Assembly (NCBI GenBank): GCA_963842525.1
Contig: CAWJGT010000004.1
Location: forward strand, 96,001-160,000
Length of the DNA stretch: 64,000 bases
Reading direction: 5' to 3'
Source: an uncultured Holophagales bacterium
GTDB lineage: Bacteria > Acidobacteriota > Thermoanaerobaculia > Multivoradales > UBA5704
The notes beneath the pieces are model-generated. The model did no database searches and had not been told where the DNA came from. It saw only the letters and a program-made list of their open reading frames with translations. Made by a program: the position numbers and the translations under genes. This document shows positions 39,886 to 48,624 of this stretch, piece after piece; position 1 is the stretch's first letter; each line of letters begins with the position of its first letter.

Positions 39886-40194
39886 ATGGCAGCGGCAAAA
39901 AAGAGTGCCAGCAAGGCAGCCAAGAAGCCCGCTTCGAAGACGGCTGCGAAGCCTGCCACGAAGCCAGCGTCCAAGGCGGGTGGGAAAAAAGCGGGTGCCA
40001 GCAAGAAGGGAAAGATCGCGCTGGCTACGGCCGGCGTCGTCGCCGCGGCGGCGGCGGCCGGCGTTGCAGCGGTCGCTGTGAAGAAGGCGCGTAAGAAGAG
40101 CGCCGCTGCAGCGAAGAAGGCGGCGGGTCCGGAGACCGGCGGCTCGGGCAGTCCGGCCGGCGGCGGGAAGAAGAGCACTGCCAAAAAGGCCTGA
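39886..40194 (+). CDS. Lys/Ala-rich basic small protein with a central hydrophobic segment
   Basis: AAAGGAGAGG SD; AKKPA-like repeats flank IALATAGVVAAAAAAGVAAVAV. Confidence 0.7.
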   Translation: MAAAKKSASKAAKKPASKTAAKPATKPASKAGGKKAGASKKGKIALATAGVVAAAAAAGVAAVAVKKARKKSAAAAKKAAGPETGGSGSPAGGGKKSTAKKA

Positions 40195-40248
40195 GCGGGG
40201 GCGCAGCGGGCCGGGAGAGCCGGCCCGCGATCGCCTGCAACCCGCGAG

Positions 40249-41733
40249 CTATGGATTGATGATCGGCTGGACGAGCGAGTAGTAGAACGCGAACGCGCCA
40301 TCCACGGTCGCGTTGGCCTCCCCCGGTCCGCCGGCGCACACATCATTGACGTTGAATCCGCAGGCGCCGCTGAGCTGGCCGACGACCTGCGACGAGGCGT
40401 TCAGGACCGGCGAGCCGCTGCTGCCGCCATCGGTCGCACCGGTGATGTCGCGGCTGTAGATGCTCTGCCCGCGCGGCCAGCCGGAGCACGTCCCGACAGC
40501 CGTGTCCACGTTGTGCTGCGAGTAGACCTGCGGCCCGAAGTTCGGGTTGCTGATCCGGTACAGTTGCGCGCCGTTGGTATTGGCCACGGGCGCGCTGGTC
40601 CAGCCCAGGAAGACCGAGCCGGCCGGCGGGTTCGAATTCAGGCGGAGAAGAGTGAAGTCCCCCTTCCTGCCGGTCTTCGAGACCGTGGACCCCGTGGTCA
40701 CGAACGGCCAGCCGCCGTTGCTGGGGCAGGTTCCGTTGCAGGACGGCGTGGCGAACCGCCAATAGAAGCTGGTGTTCTGAGCCGCGCTGTTCTTGCTGAG
40801 ACAGTGGTTGGCGGTGAGGAAGAAGTTGTTCTGTGCCGGGTTGTTGTCGACGATGAGCCCGCCGGTGCAGGTGAAGATGAAGGCACCTTGCACCCACTCC
40901 ATCTTCGCGACAGCGAGCTTGGCGGGATTCGCGGCGGCCACGTTGCTGCACGTCGCGTCGACGATACAGCTCGCATTGCCGCAGACCGCGTCCGCCACCC
41001 CGTTGACCGGTTCGAGCGACAGATCCTCATACGTCAGCCGCAGGTTGTCGGCGAACTGCCTGGTGATGAGGCCGGCTTCGCCGATCCGGAGCGACACGGC
41101 GCGCAGATCGCTGCCGCGCACCGGCCCCGAGACCCGGACCTGGACGATCGCTTCGGCGCCGAAGACCGCCGTGGTCCAGAAATCTCCCGTGCCGTTGGGG
41201 CCGAAGCCGGTGTACGGCCCGTAGGCCTGGCCGCCGCGGCTGTAGACGTAGAGCTCGGCAGTGCGGGGAAGCGCCATGTCCTGGATATGCAGGCGGATCG
41301 CTCCGGCACCGGGCGCCCTCACCACGGCCGCCCATACCAGCCCGCCGTCCGCCGTCCGCCGGGCCACGCCGGCCAAATCCTGGCGCCGCTGCAAGCCGGC
41401 GACCGTCACTCCCGGCGTCATGGCCTTGACGAGGCCGATCTTGAGCGGAGTCTCCCAGCGCGGAGTCTGGTCGATACGGGTGATCTCCTCGCTCGTGAGC
41501 TCGATTCCGAGGGCCTTCTCCAGGGCGGCCGGCGGCAGCTCACGGCCCAACTGCCGGCTCAGCTCGACCTGCCGCAGAAGGTGCTCCTCGGCCGTCAGCC
41601 CCTCCGTCGCGACCTGCATCTGCGCTTCGGCGTAGCGGCTGGCCGCAGCGGCGGGCGAAGCCCAGACAAGGGCAACGATCGCCAATGCAAGCCAGGGAAC
41701 CAGGCCTCTCCGAACTATGGACGTGTTCGTCAT
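40249..41733 (-). CDS. Secreted trypsin-like serine protease (lysyl-endopeptidase-like)
   Basis: Signal peptide and pro-region; CTGGLI, FLTANHC, GDFTLL, GGSSGSP. Confidence 0.85.
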   Translation of the reverse strand: MTNTSIVRRGLVPWLALAIVALVWASPAAAASRYAEAQMQVATEGLTAEEHLLRQVELSRQLGRELPPAALEKALGIELTSEEITRIDQTPRWETPLKIGLVKAMTPGVTVAGLQRRQDLAGVARRTADGGLVWAAVVRAPGAGAIRLHIQDMALPRTAELYVYSRGGQAYGPYTGFGPNGTGDFWTTAVFGAEAIVQVRVSGPVRGSDLRAVSLRIGEAGLITRQFADNLRLTYEDLSLEPVNGVADAVCGNASCIVDATCSNVAAANPAKLAVAKMEWVQGAFIFTCTGGLIVDNNPAQNNFFLTANHCLSKNSAAQNTSFYWRFATPSCNGTCPSNGGWPFVTTGSTVSKTGRKGDFTLLRLNSNPPAGSVFLGWTSAPVANTNGAQLYRISNPNFGPQVYSQHNVDTAVGTCSGWPRGQSIYSRDITGATDGGSSGSPVLNASSQVVGQLSGACGFNVNDVCAGGPGEANATVDGAFAFYYSLVQPIINP

Positions 41734-41830
41734 CTCACGCTCCTTTTGAGTCGGGCCTGACGGCTGCGGAGCCGCAGCAGTCTCTGCCTCCGTAATACAA
41801 GGTGTCGAGAACGGTGAGGAAGGCGCCCGC

Positions 41831-44605
41831 TCAGGCCCCGGCGACCTGCCGGATGGCGTCGCGGAGGATCTGCAGGTTCACCGGCTTGGTCAGGTGGCGG
41901 TCGAACCCCGCTTCGCGGCTGCGCTTGACGTCCTCGTCCATGCCATAGCCGGAGAGGGCGATCCCGCGCAGGCTGAAGCGGCTCTTGAGCTGGGCCATCA
42001 GCTCCAGCCCGCTGACGTCCGGCAGGCCGACGTCGCTGATCACCAGGTCGATCTCTTCCCGCGCGGGCGGCCGCTGGGCCTTCTCGGCGGCGGTCATGGC
42101 CTCGGCGGCGTTGTTGGCCACCGTGACCCGGTGGCCGACGGCAGAGAGCAGCTCCGCCATGGCCTCGGCGGTATCGGGGTGATCTTCGACCAGGAGGATG
42201 TGCAGGGGGCGCTCCGCGCCGTGCGGCAGGGCGGTGCCGGGCTCCGGCCTTGGCAGGACGGTCGAAGTCTGCAGGCGGGCCGCGCCCACGGGCAGCCGGA
42301 CTGTAAAGGTCGTCCCCTGGCCCGGCCCTTGGCTGGCCGCCGCGATGCGTCCGCCGTGCAGCTCGACGATGGCCTTGCTGATCGCCAGGCCCAGGCCCAG
42401 GCCGCCGAACTGCCGGGTGATCTTGCGTTGCCCCTGCTCGAAGGCGTCGAAGACGCGCGGCAGGCGCTCCGGATCGATCCCGATCCCGCGGTCGGAGACC
42501 TCGACGACGAGCTGGCCGCTGTCCTCGTCCCGGCGGGCCCGGATGCTGATCGGGCCGCCGTCGGGCGAGAACTTGAGGGCGTTCTTGAGCAGGTTCCAGA
42601 AGACCTGGGTCAGGCGCGGCGCGTCGGCCCACAGGCGAAGGTCCTGCGCCGGGACCGCGAGCTGGAAGCGCGGCCGGTCGGGAGAGCCAGGAGGGCAGCA
42701 GGCGTCCATCGCATGCTCCAGGATCTGCCGCAGGTCGGCGACCTCGGGCTTGAGCTCCAGCTTGCCGCTGGCGATGCGCGTGAGGTCGAGCAGATCGTCG
42801 ATCAGGCGTGCCTCGAGCTCCACGTTGCGCCGGATCGTGGCCAGCCGCTCCCGGAGGCTCGCGGGCAGCTCCTCCAGCTCGAGGCCGTAGATCACGGCGA
42901 GCACCGGGGCGAGCGGCGTGCGCAGCTCATGGCTGAGCGTGGCCATGAAGCGGTCCTTCGCCTGGTTGGCAGTCTCCGCCTCGGCCCGTGCCCGCCGTTC
43001 CGCCTCGTACAGCCGCGCATTCTCGATGGCCACCGCCGCCTGCGCGGCGATGCCGCCCAGAGTGCGCTCGGCCCGCGCCGAAAAGGCCCCCGCCTCCGGA
43101 TGGCCGAAAAAGAACCCGCCGAGCAGCTCGCCGGAGCGGGAGACGACCGGCGTGGAGAGGTAGCTCCGGATCGGCCACCTGGACAACTGTCCTTCGGGGA
43201 GCGGCGAGAGACGCCCGAACAGCGAGTCGTCCAGCACGTCGTCGATGCGGCGCACCCCCTCGCCGCGGAACATCGGCCTCGGCATCGCGGGGTCGCTCGG
43301 GCGCAGGAGCTCGTCGATCCCCTCGGGGGGCGCGCCGGACAGGGCGTGCTCGCGGAAGACGTCGCCGCGCTCGTCGACCAGGTGGTAGAAGAACGCCCCG
43401 AACCGCGCGCCCGTGATGCGCGTCGCCGCATCGACGATGGTCTGCGCCAGGCTGCGCAGGTCGAGCTCCGCGGCCATGGCGAGGCCGATCGAGTGCAGCG
43501 TTTCGCTGATCTCGGCCTCCTCGCGCAGCCGCCGGTCGGTCTCCTCGCGGGCGGTAATGTCGTGGAGCAGAGCCTCTTCGGACCGCCGCAGGTCGGCCGC
43601 CGCCTGCTCGGCCCGGGCGACGGCGCGCACCTGGGTGCTCGTCAGCGCGAACAGGATCGTGCTGGTGATCAGGCCGAGCACCAGCACGAGCCAGGCCTGG
43701 CTCTGCCCGGAGCCGGCGGCGAAGCTGGGGAGCGTGGAGTAGGAGATGGTCCAGGGCGTGCCCGCGAGATTCAGCTTCCGGACGACGTTGAAGCGCGGCC
43801 GGTAGTTGGGATCGATCTCCTGCGACTGGAAGAGGCGGTCCGCGGTCCTTGGCTCGGGCGCGGCGAAGACCTGGAAGGCGATGTTCGGCCGCGTCTTGGG
43901 GGCCAGGATGTCCTGCAGGAGCTCGCCGCCGCGGAACGGGCTGAAGACGAATCCCTGCAGGGCAGCCCTGCGCTCCTCGACCGTCGCCAGAGGCAGGCCG
44001 CGGCGGTAGACCGGGACGTAGACGAGGAACGCCGCCTGCTTCACGGGCCCGGCGTCCTGCATCAGGGTGAGCTTGCCGGTGGCAGATGCCTGGCCCGTGT
44101 CGCGTGCGCGTTCCATGGCCGCCCGCCGGATCGGCTCGGTAGCCATGTCGAAGCCGAGGCCCGCAGGGTCGCGGAGCGGCTCGAAGTAGGTGACCGAGTT
44201 GACTTCGAGCCGCGGGGGGTCGGGCCAGATTCGGAAACCGGGGAAGACCTGGCGCAGGGCGGCCTCCACGCCGGCGCGCTCCGCCGGAGCGATCCGGCGG
44301 GAGAAGCCGATCCCACGAACGCCCGGATAGCGCTCGGTCAGCTCGAGCTTGTCGACGAACCGCCGGAACTCGCCGGCGGCGACCTGGTCGTCGGCCGCGA
44401 AGAGGCCGCTGCCCGCCCGCAGCAGCGCCAGGTAGGTGTCCATGCGGTGCTCGATGAGCGCCTGGACCCTCTGGACGGTGTTCTGGAAACGCAGCCGGTC
44501 CTTGAGGCTCGCCGTCGCGACGAGGTAGTAGGTGGCGAGGCAGGTCAGCAGGAGCGAAAGGGCCAGCACCCAATACGGGACCCATGACCGGACAGACGAC
44601 CGCAT
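41831..44605 (-). CDS. Hybrid histidine kinase CHASE-GAF-HisKA-HATPase-REC
   Basis: TM-CHASE (GFDM..EP.RR.AM..ARDTG)-TM, GAF, LSHELRTPL, NALKFS, GGLGLGL, LLVEDH...SDVGLPD. Confidence 0.93.
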   Translation of the reverse strand: MRSSVRSWVPYWVLALSLLLTCLATYYLVATASLKDRLRFQNTVQRVQALIEHRMDTYLALLRAGSGLFAADDQVAAGEFRRFVDKLELTERYPGVRGIGFSRRIAPAERAGVEAALRQVFPGFRIWPDPPRLEVNSVTYFEPLRDPAGLGFDMATEPIRRAAMERARDTGQASATGKLTLMQDAGPVKQAAFLVYVPVYRRGLPLATVEERRAALQGFVFSPFRGGELLQDILAPKTRPNIAFQVFAAPEPRTADRLFQSQEIDPNYRPRFNVVRKLNLAGTPWTISYSTLPSFAAGSGQSQAWLVLVLGLITSTILFALTSTQVRAVARAEQAAADLRRSEEALLHDITAREETDRRLREEAEISETLHSIGLAMAAELDLRSLAQTIVDAATRITGARFGAFFYHLVDERGDVFREHALSGAPPEGIDELLRPSDPAMPRPMFRGEGVRRIDDVLDDSLFGRLSPLPEGQLSRWPIRSYLSTPVVSRSGELLGGFFFGHPEAGAFSARAERTLGGIAAQAAVAIENARLYEAERRARAEAETANQAKDRFMATLSHELRTPLAPVLAVIYGLELEELPASLRERLATIRRNVELEARLIDDLLDLTRIASGKLELKPEVADLRQILEHAMDACCPPGSPDRPRFQLAVPAQDLRLWADAPRLTQVFWNLLKNALKFSPDGGPISIRARRDEDSGQLVVEVSDRGIGIDPERLPRVFDAFEQGQRKITRQFGGLGLGLAISKAIVELHGGRIAAASQGPGQGTTFTVRLPVGAARLQTSTVLPRPEPGTALPHGAERPLHILLVEDHPDTAEAMAELLSAVGHRVTVANNAAEAMTAAEKAQRPPAREEIDLVISDVGLPDVSGLELMAQLKSRFSLRGIALSGYGMDEDVKRSREAGFDRHLTKPVNLQILRDAIRQVAGA

Positions 44606-44621
44606 CGCTTCATCCTACCAG

Positions 44622-45209
44622 CTACCGCCGATAGTCCTCCGGAGTGTCCACGTCGCTCACCGCGCCCGGGTCGTCGACCGCGACCTCCAGCACCTCGCCG
44701 GCGTGCCGGTCGAGGAGCTCGCGCAGGCCCACCCCGGGGTCGAGGGTTTCAATCTCGGGGATCAGCGCCGCCGCAATGGCGAGAGGGTGGCCGCGTTTCC
44801 CCTGGTGGACCGGCACGGCGAGAGGAGCGCCCGCGGCGGCCTGGCGCCGCAACAGCTCGGTCACCGTCTCCGGCCGCAGCTCCGGCAGGTCGGCAGGGGA
44901 GACGAGGAGCGGCTCGCCCGTCCGAGCCAGCTCGTCCGCACCTCCCAGGGCCGCGAGACCGGCCTGGATCGTCGACAGCATGCCGCGCTCGGGCATTGGA
45001 TTGACCCCTACCACCAGACCCTCGGCCCGCGCCCAGGCCTGCAGCGCCTCGTCCCCGGGCGCCGCCACCAAGACGATGGGAGATACCCCGGCCGCGCGGA
45101 GAGCCGCCACGAGAGAGCCCACGATCGTGCTCGCCCCCCAGGGCAGGAGCAGCTTGGGGCGGCCCATCCGGCGGGAGGCGCCGGCGGCGGGGAGGAGGGC
45201 TGCGGGCAT
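44622..45209 (-). CDS. MocA/YgfJ-like nucleotidyltransferase
   Basis: AAGASRRMGRPKLLLP, GMLSTI, ADLP, RGHP, DVDTPEDY. Confidence 0.9.
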   Translation of the reverse strand: MPAALLPAAGASRRMGRPKLLLPWGASTIVGSLVAALRAAGVSPIVLVAAPGDEALQAWARAEGLVVGVNPMPERGMLSTIQAGLAALGGADELARTGEPLLVSPADLPELRPETVTELLRRQAAAGAPLAVPVHQGKRGHPLAIAAALIPEIETLDPGVGLRELLDRHAGEVLEVAVDDPGAVSDVDTPEDYRR

Positions 45210-45240
45210 CCTTATAAGATAAGGCCGATGATCGCCGGAG
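45160..45240. repeat. Direct repeat, left copy (partner at 47944-48013)
   Basis: Core GCGGGCATCCTTATAAGATAAGGCCGATGATCGCCGGAG matches 47975-48013 at 37/39, with weaker similarity further left. Confidence 0.9.
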
Positions 45241-45324
45241 CCATCACCGGGCCGGCGAGGTGCCAGCCGATCATCGGGGATGATCGGGGATCATCGGGGC
45301 GTCCTGGCGATGATCCCGGCCAGT

Positions 45325-45545
45325 TCCCTCGCTATGGCGCCTTGCCCCGTGCCGAGGGGGCTGGCTTCCCTCGCCAGGGGATTGTGCCCTGTGCCGACGG
45401 GTGCAGCTCCCCCCGCCAGGGGGCCCAGCCCCGTTCTGAGGGGAGCAGCTCCCCTCGCCAGGGAGCCTTGCCCTGCGCCGAGGGGGCCAGCTCCCCTCGT
45501 CATGGGGTGTTGCCCTGCGCCAAGGGGGTCGGTTCCCCTCGGCGG
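45325..45545. repeat. 42-bp (2x21) degenerate tandem array, about 5 units
   Basis: Unit close to AGCTCCCCTCGCCAGGGAGCCTTGCCCTGCGCCGAGGGGGCC. Confidence 0.8.
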
Positions 45546-45888
45546 CCCGGGTGGCCTCGGTGGCATGGCCCTGGCCCCACCAGCGCCGCGCGAGAATCCC
45601 GGCCAGCTCGAATCCCGGCCAGCCTTCCGGCTCGGAGAAGCCGACCATGCCAAGGAAGGCGCCGGTCTCTTTCTGCTCCAACGCCCACATGCCGGGCCTG
45701 CCGAGCTGCCAGTGGCCCAGGAGGAATGCCAGGTGCCTCCAGGAGCGGCCACGGTCCCAGGGCCCGCCCAGGTAGCGCATCACCTCGGGGTCCCCGTTCA
45801 TGGCGGCGTAGTCTTCGAAGTCGCTTTCCTGGATGGGCCGCAGCCAGAGGCGTTCTGTTGCCAGGGTCGGGATCACAAGACTGTCCAT
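45540..45888 (-). pseudogene. RimJ/RimL-type GNAT acetyltransferase, C-terminus lost
   Basis: IPTLATERLWLRP...DPEVMRYL...WWGQGHATEATRAA, after which the frame reads into the repeat array; no N-x-x-S...LG motif. Confidence 0.75.
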
Positions 45889-45909
45889 GGATGCTCCTCC
45901 TTTCTTGCG

Positions 45910-46066
45910 TTGTCCCGACTCTGGCAAAGGACAGACGGCCCTGGGGGTGACGTTTTCAGGTCATCTGGTCAGTGGCTGATCGGGCGCTTGTCCCGGCTCT
46001 GGCAAAGGGGCAGACTGCCCCGGGGGTGCTCTGTTTCTGACATCTGGTCAATGGCTGACCAGACGC
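45910..46066. promoter_or_regulatory. Tandem duplication of about 78 bp containing the palindrome TCTGGTCA-N5-TGACCAGA
   Basis: Two units TTGTCCCG.CTCTGGCAAAGG..CAGAC.GCCC.GGGGGTG...CATCTGGTCA.TGGCTGA; perfect IR at 46043-46063. The regulatory role is inferred. Confidence 0.55.
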
Positions 46067-46094
46067 CTCTCCGCCCCCGGAAAGGATCTGTCCC

Positions 46095-46280
46095 ATGATG
46101 CGTGTCGTGCTTCTGGCGCTCGCGCTGGCGTTGGGTGGAGGAGCGTTTCATTTCGGTAGCTTCCTGGACCTGGTGTCCGCCTTCTGGGCCGCTGATCAGG
46201 TGGATGCGGGCAACCATGTCGACCCCAACGGCGCAACAGCCACGGGCGACGCGGGTAACATTCTTGACCCGGACGGCTGA
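46095..46280 (+). CDS. Small secreted peptide precursor with two DAGNxxDPxG repeats
   Basis: AAAGGA SD; hydrophobic N-terminus; DAGNHVDPNG and C-terminal DAGNILDPDG. Confidence 0.7.
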   Translation: MMRVVLLALALALGGGAFHFGSFLDLVSAFWAADQVDAGNHVDPNGATATGDAGNILDPDG

Positions 46281-46380
46281 CGGCTCGCAGTACCGGGGTT
46301 CGAGCACTCTCTTCTCTTAGGGGGCCACTTTCGCCCCCTCTTTCCGATAAGCTGCAAAGACAGACTTGACGGAGGGCGGG

Positions 46381-47939
46381 ATGAGCCGGCATTTCAGCCG
46401 TGAAGCTCTGTTGCAGCTCCTCAGCGGGCAGGCCGGCGAGGTAGAGACGGCGCGCGCCATCCGCCACATGGTGCAGTGCCGCCGCTGCCGCGTGGTCGCG
46501 GCCGGGTGCCTGGCTCAAGAGAAGTTGGGCGCGAGGCCGCCAGTCGGCCCCACGGATACTCGCAACGCGTTCGTGACACTCCTTGAGGCGGAGGCAAGCG
46601 GCGGGTCGAAAACCTGAAGGCTCGAGGCTGGTGGGCCGAGATCCGCGATCTCAGCCCGGCAGAGCAGGCCACGAAGATCCGCTCCACCACGGCCCTGCAG
46701 AGCCTGGCAGTGTTCGAAACGATCCTGGCCGACGCGAAAGCTGCCGGGCGCTCGGACCCTTTCGCCGGAGAGAGTATGGTGCGCGCCGCCTGGATGGTGG
46801 CGGATCTCCTCCCTGAGTCCCGGTATCCACGGACGCTGAAAAACGACCTGCGTGGGCAGGCCTTGACGGTTGTCGCGAATTGTCGGCGGCTCGCTGCGAA
46901 TTTTCCGGGCTCGAAAGCGGCGATCGAGGAGGCGCGGCGGTCGCTTGCCCAGGGGACGGGAGATCCGGGATTGGAAGGAGGACTCCTCTCCATCCACTGC
47001 TCGTTGTGTACCGATCTCGGCGATTTCGAGAAGGCACTGGCCCATGTCCTTCGAGCCGTGGCGATTTTCCGAGAGCTGGAGGACTGGCAAGAGGTCGCGC
47101 ACAACATGGTCAAGGAGGCCGGCTGCCTGTTTGCTGCCGCCCGGCCGGCGGAAGCGCTCGAAACAGCCCAATTCGCCCTCGAGCGCATGCCTCCGCAGGA
47201 GCTCCGGCTCCGTGTCTTGGCGAAACTGATCCTTGTGGAGAGCCTGGTCGTTCTGGAGCGCCCCCTGGAGGCTCTTCCCTATTTCAGCGAAGCCAAAGCA
47301 CTTTGCGAGCAGGCCGATCCAAGGACGCGCTTGCTAGCTGATCCGATTGAGGCGCAGCTTCTGGACAGTCTCGGCTGCGCGCGAGAGTCCGAAAAGCTCT
47401 TCCGTCGTGCGATCAAAGCCTTCTTCGATCACGAGTTCTACAAGCAAGCCTTCCTCACTCTGCTGACCCTCTTCGAATGCCTGGTCCGGAGAGGTGCGCT
47501 CGGCAAGGCCGCGGCCCTCTGCGAGGAGGCGATCGCCGCGACATCCCAGGCCGGAGAAGCCTGCAACGAGCAGATCCGCCGCGCCTGGGAGGAGCTTCTG
47601 GCCGCCGTGCGCGTTCGCCAGCTCAGCGAGAGCGAGCTGATCCAGGCCCGCCAGTATCTCGTGCGCAACTGGAGCGTGGCGGGCGGTGTGTTCGTCCTTC
47701 CGTCGTTAGAGACCATCCTCTCCATCCCCAGCTCACCACCCGAGCTGCCGGCGCCGCCGCCCCTGCCTGCGGCCGATGAGGCGGCTCCCAACAGCTTTCA
47801 GGCAGCGCGCGAAGAATACGACCGGCGGCTCGTTGCAGCGGCCCTGGAGCGGTCCGGCGGCAACCTCAGCGAGGCCAGCCGCCTTCTCCGTATCTCCCGC
47901 AATACGCTCAAGGCGAGAATGCGCCTGTACGGGCTGTGA
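46381..47939 (+). CDS. zf-HC2-like zinc finger - TPR - Fis-type HTH protein (frameshift about 46598)
   Basis: MSRHFSREALL...RHMVQCRRC; continues in the shifted frame VENLKARGWWAEI into helical repeats; Pro linker; ALERSGGNLSEASRLLRISRNTL. Confidence 0.75.
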
Positions 47940-47943
47940 GCCC

Positions 47944-48013
47944 CGGCCCATCCGCCGGGAGGTGGGAGAGAGCGGCGGGCATGCCTATAAGATAAGGCCG
48001 ATGATCGCCGGAG
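47944..48013. repeat. Direct repeat, right copy (partner at 45160-45240)
   Basis: Contains a decayed 5' end of the nucleotidyltransferase gene and the true start of the oxygenase. Confidence 0.9.
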
Positions 48014-48624
48014 AGCGCATCGCGGGCACCTGCGAGCGGATTGCCGCAGAGCTGGAGGAGACGGGCTGGTCCGTCTGCCCGGGCTTTCTCCCGGACGCGG
48101 ACGTCCGCCGGCTGCGCGAAGAGGCCGAGGAGCTCTGGCGGGACGGCGCCTTCCGCCGCGCCGGCATCGGGACCGGGCCGGAGGCGCAGGTCCGCTCGGA
48201 GATCCGGAGCGACCGCATCCTCTGGCTGGAGGAGCCGTACACCCCGGCCCAGCAGCGCTACCTCGACGAGCTCGAGCGGCTGCGCCTCGCCATCAACCGC
48301 CAGCTCTACCTCGGGCTCTTCTCCTTTGAAGGCCATCTCGCAGTCTATCCGCCCGGCTCCTCCTACGGGAAGCACCTCGACCAGTTCCGCGCGGCGAAGC
48401 ACCGCGTGGTCTCCTGCATCCTCTACCTGAATGAAGACTGGAGCCCTGAGGACGGCGGCCAGCTCCTTCTCTACGACGGACCGGAGGGGGGGGCGGCCTG
48501 GCGCGACGTGCTGCCCGCGGGCGGCACTCTGGCTACCTTCCTCAGCGGCACCGTCTACCACGAAGTACTGCCGGCCCGACGCGAGCGGATCAGCCTGACC
48601 GGGTGGTTCCGGGTGCGGGCATGA
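48001..48624 (+). CDS. 2OG-Fe(II) oxygenase (prolyl-hydroxylase-like)
   Basis: IRSDRILW, YGKHLD, ILYLN..W..EDGG.L, HEVLP..RERISLTGW. Confidence 0.9.
   Translation: MIAGERIAGTCERIAAELEETGWSVCPGFLPDADVRRLREEAEELWRDGAFRRAGIGTGPEAQVRSEIRSDRILWLEEPYTPAQQRYLDELERLRLAINRQLYLGLFSFEGHLAVYPPGSSYGKHLDQFRAAKHRVVSCILYLNEDWSPEDGGQLLLYDGPEGGAAWRDVLPAGGTLATFLSGTVYHEVLPARRERISLTGWFRVRA

Noticed and set aside
46710-47939. Sigma54 enhancer-binding protein, with TGGCA at about 45922/46000 as a -24 box
   Set aside because: It has a Fis HTH but no Walker A or GAFTGA, and no TTGC at the -12 position.
46095-48624. RiPP cluster with the 2OG oxygenase and MFS as tailoring and export genes
   Set aside because: The oxygenase and MFS lie outside the direct-repeat-bounded islet, and no recognised RiPP maturase is present; kept only as a weak alternative.
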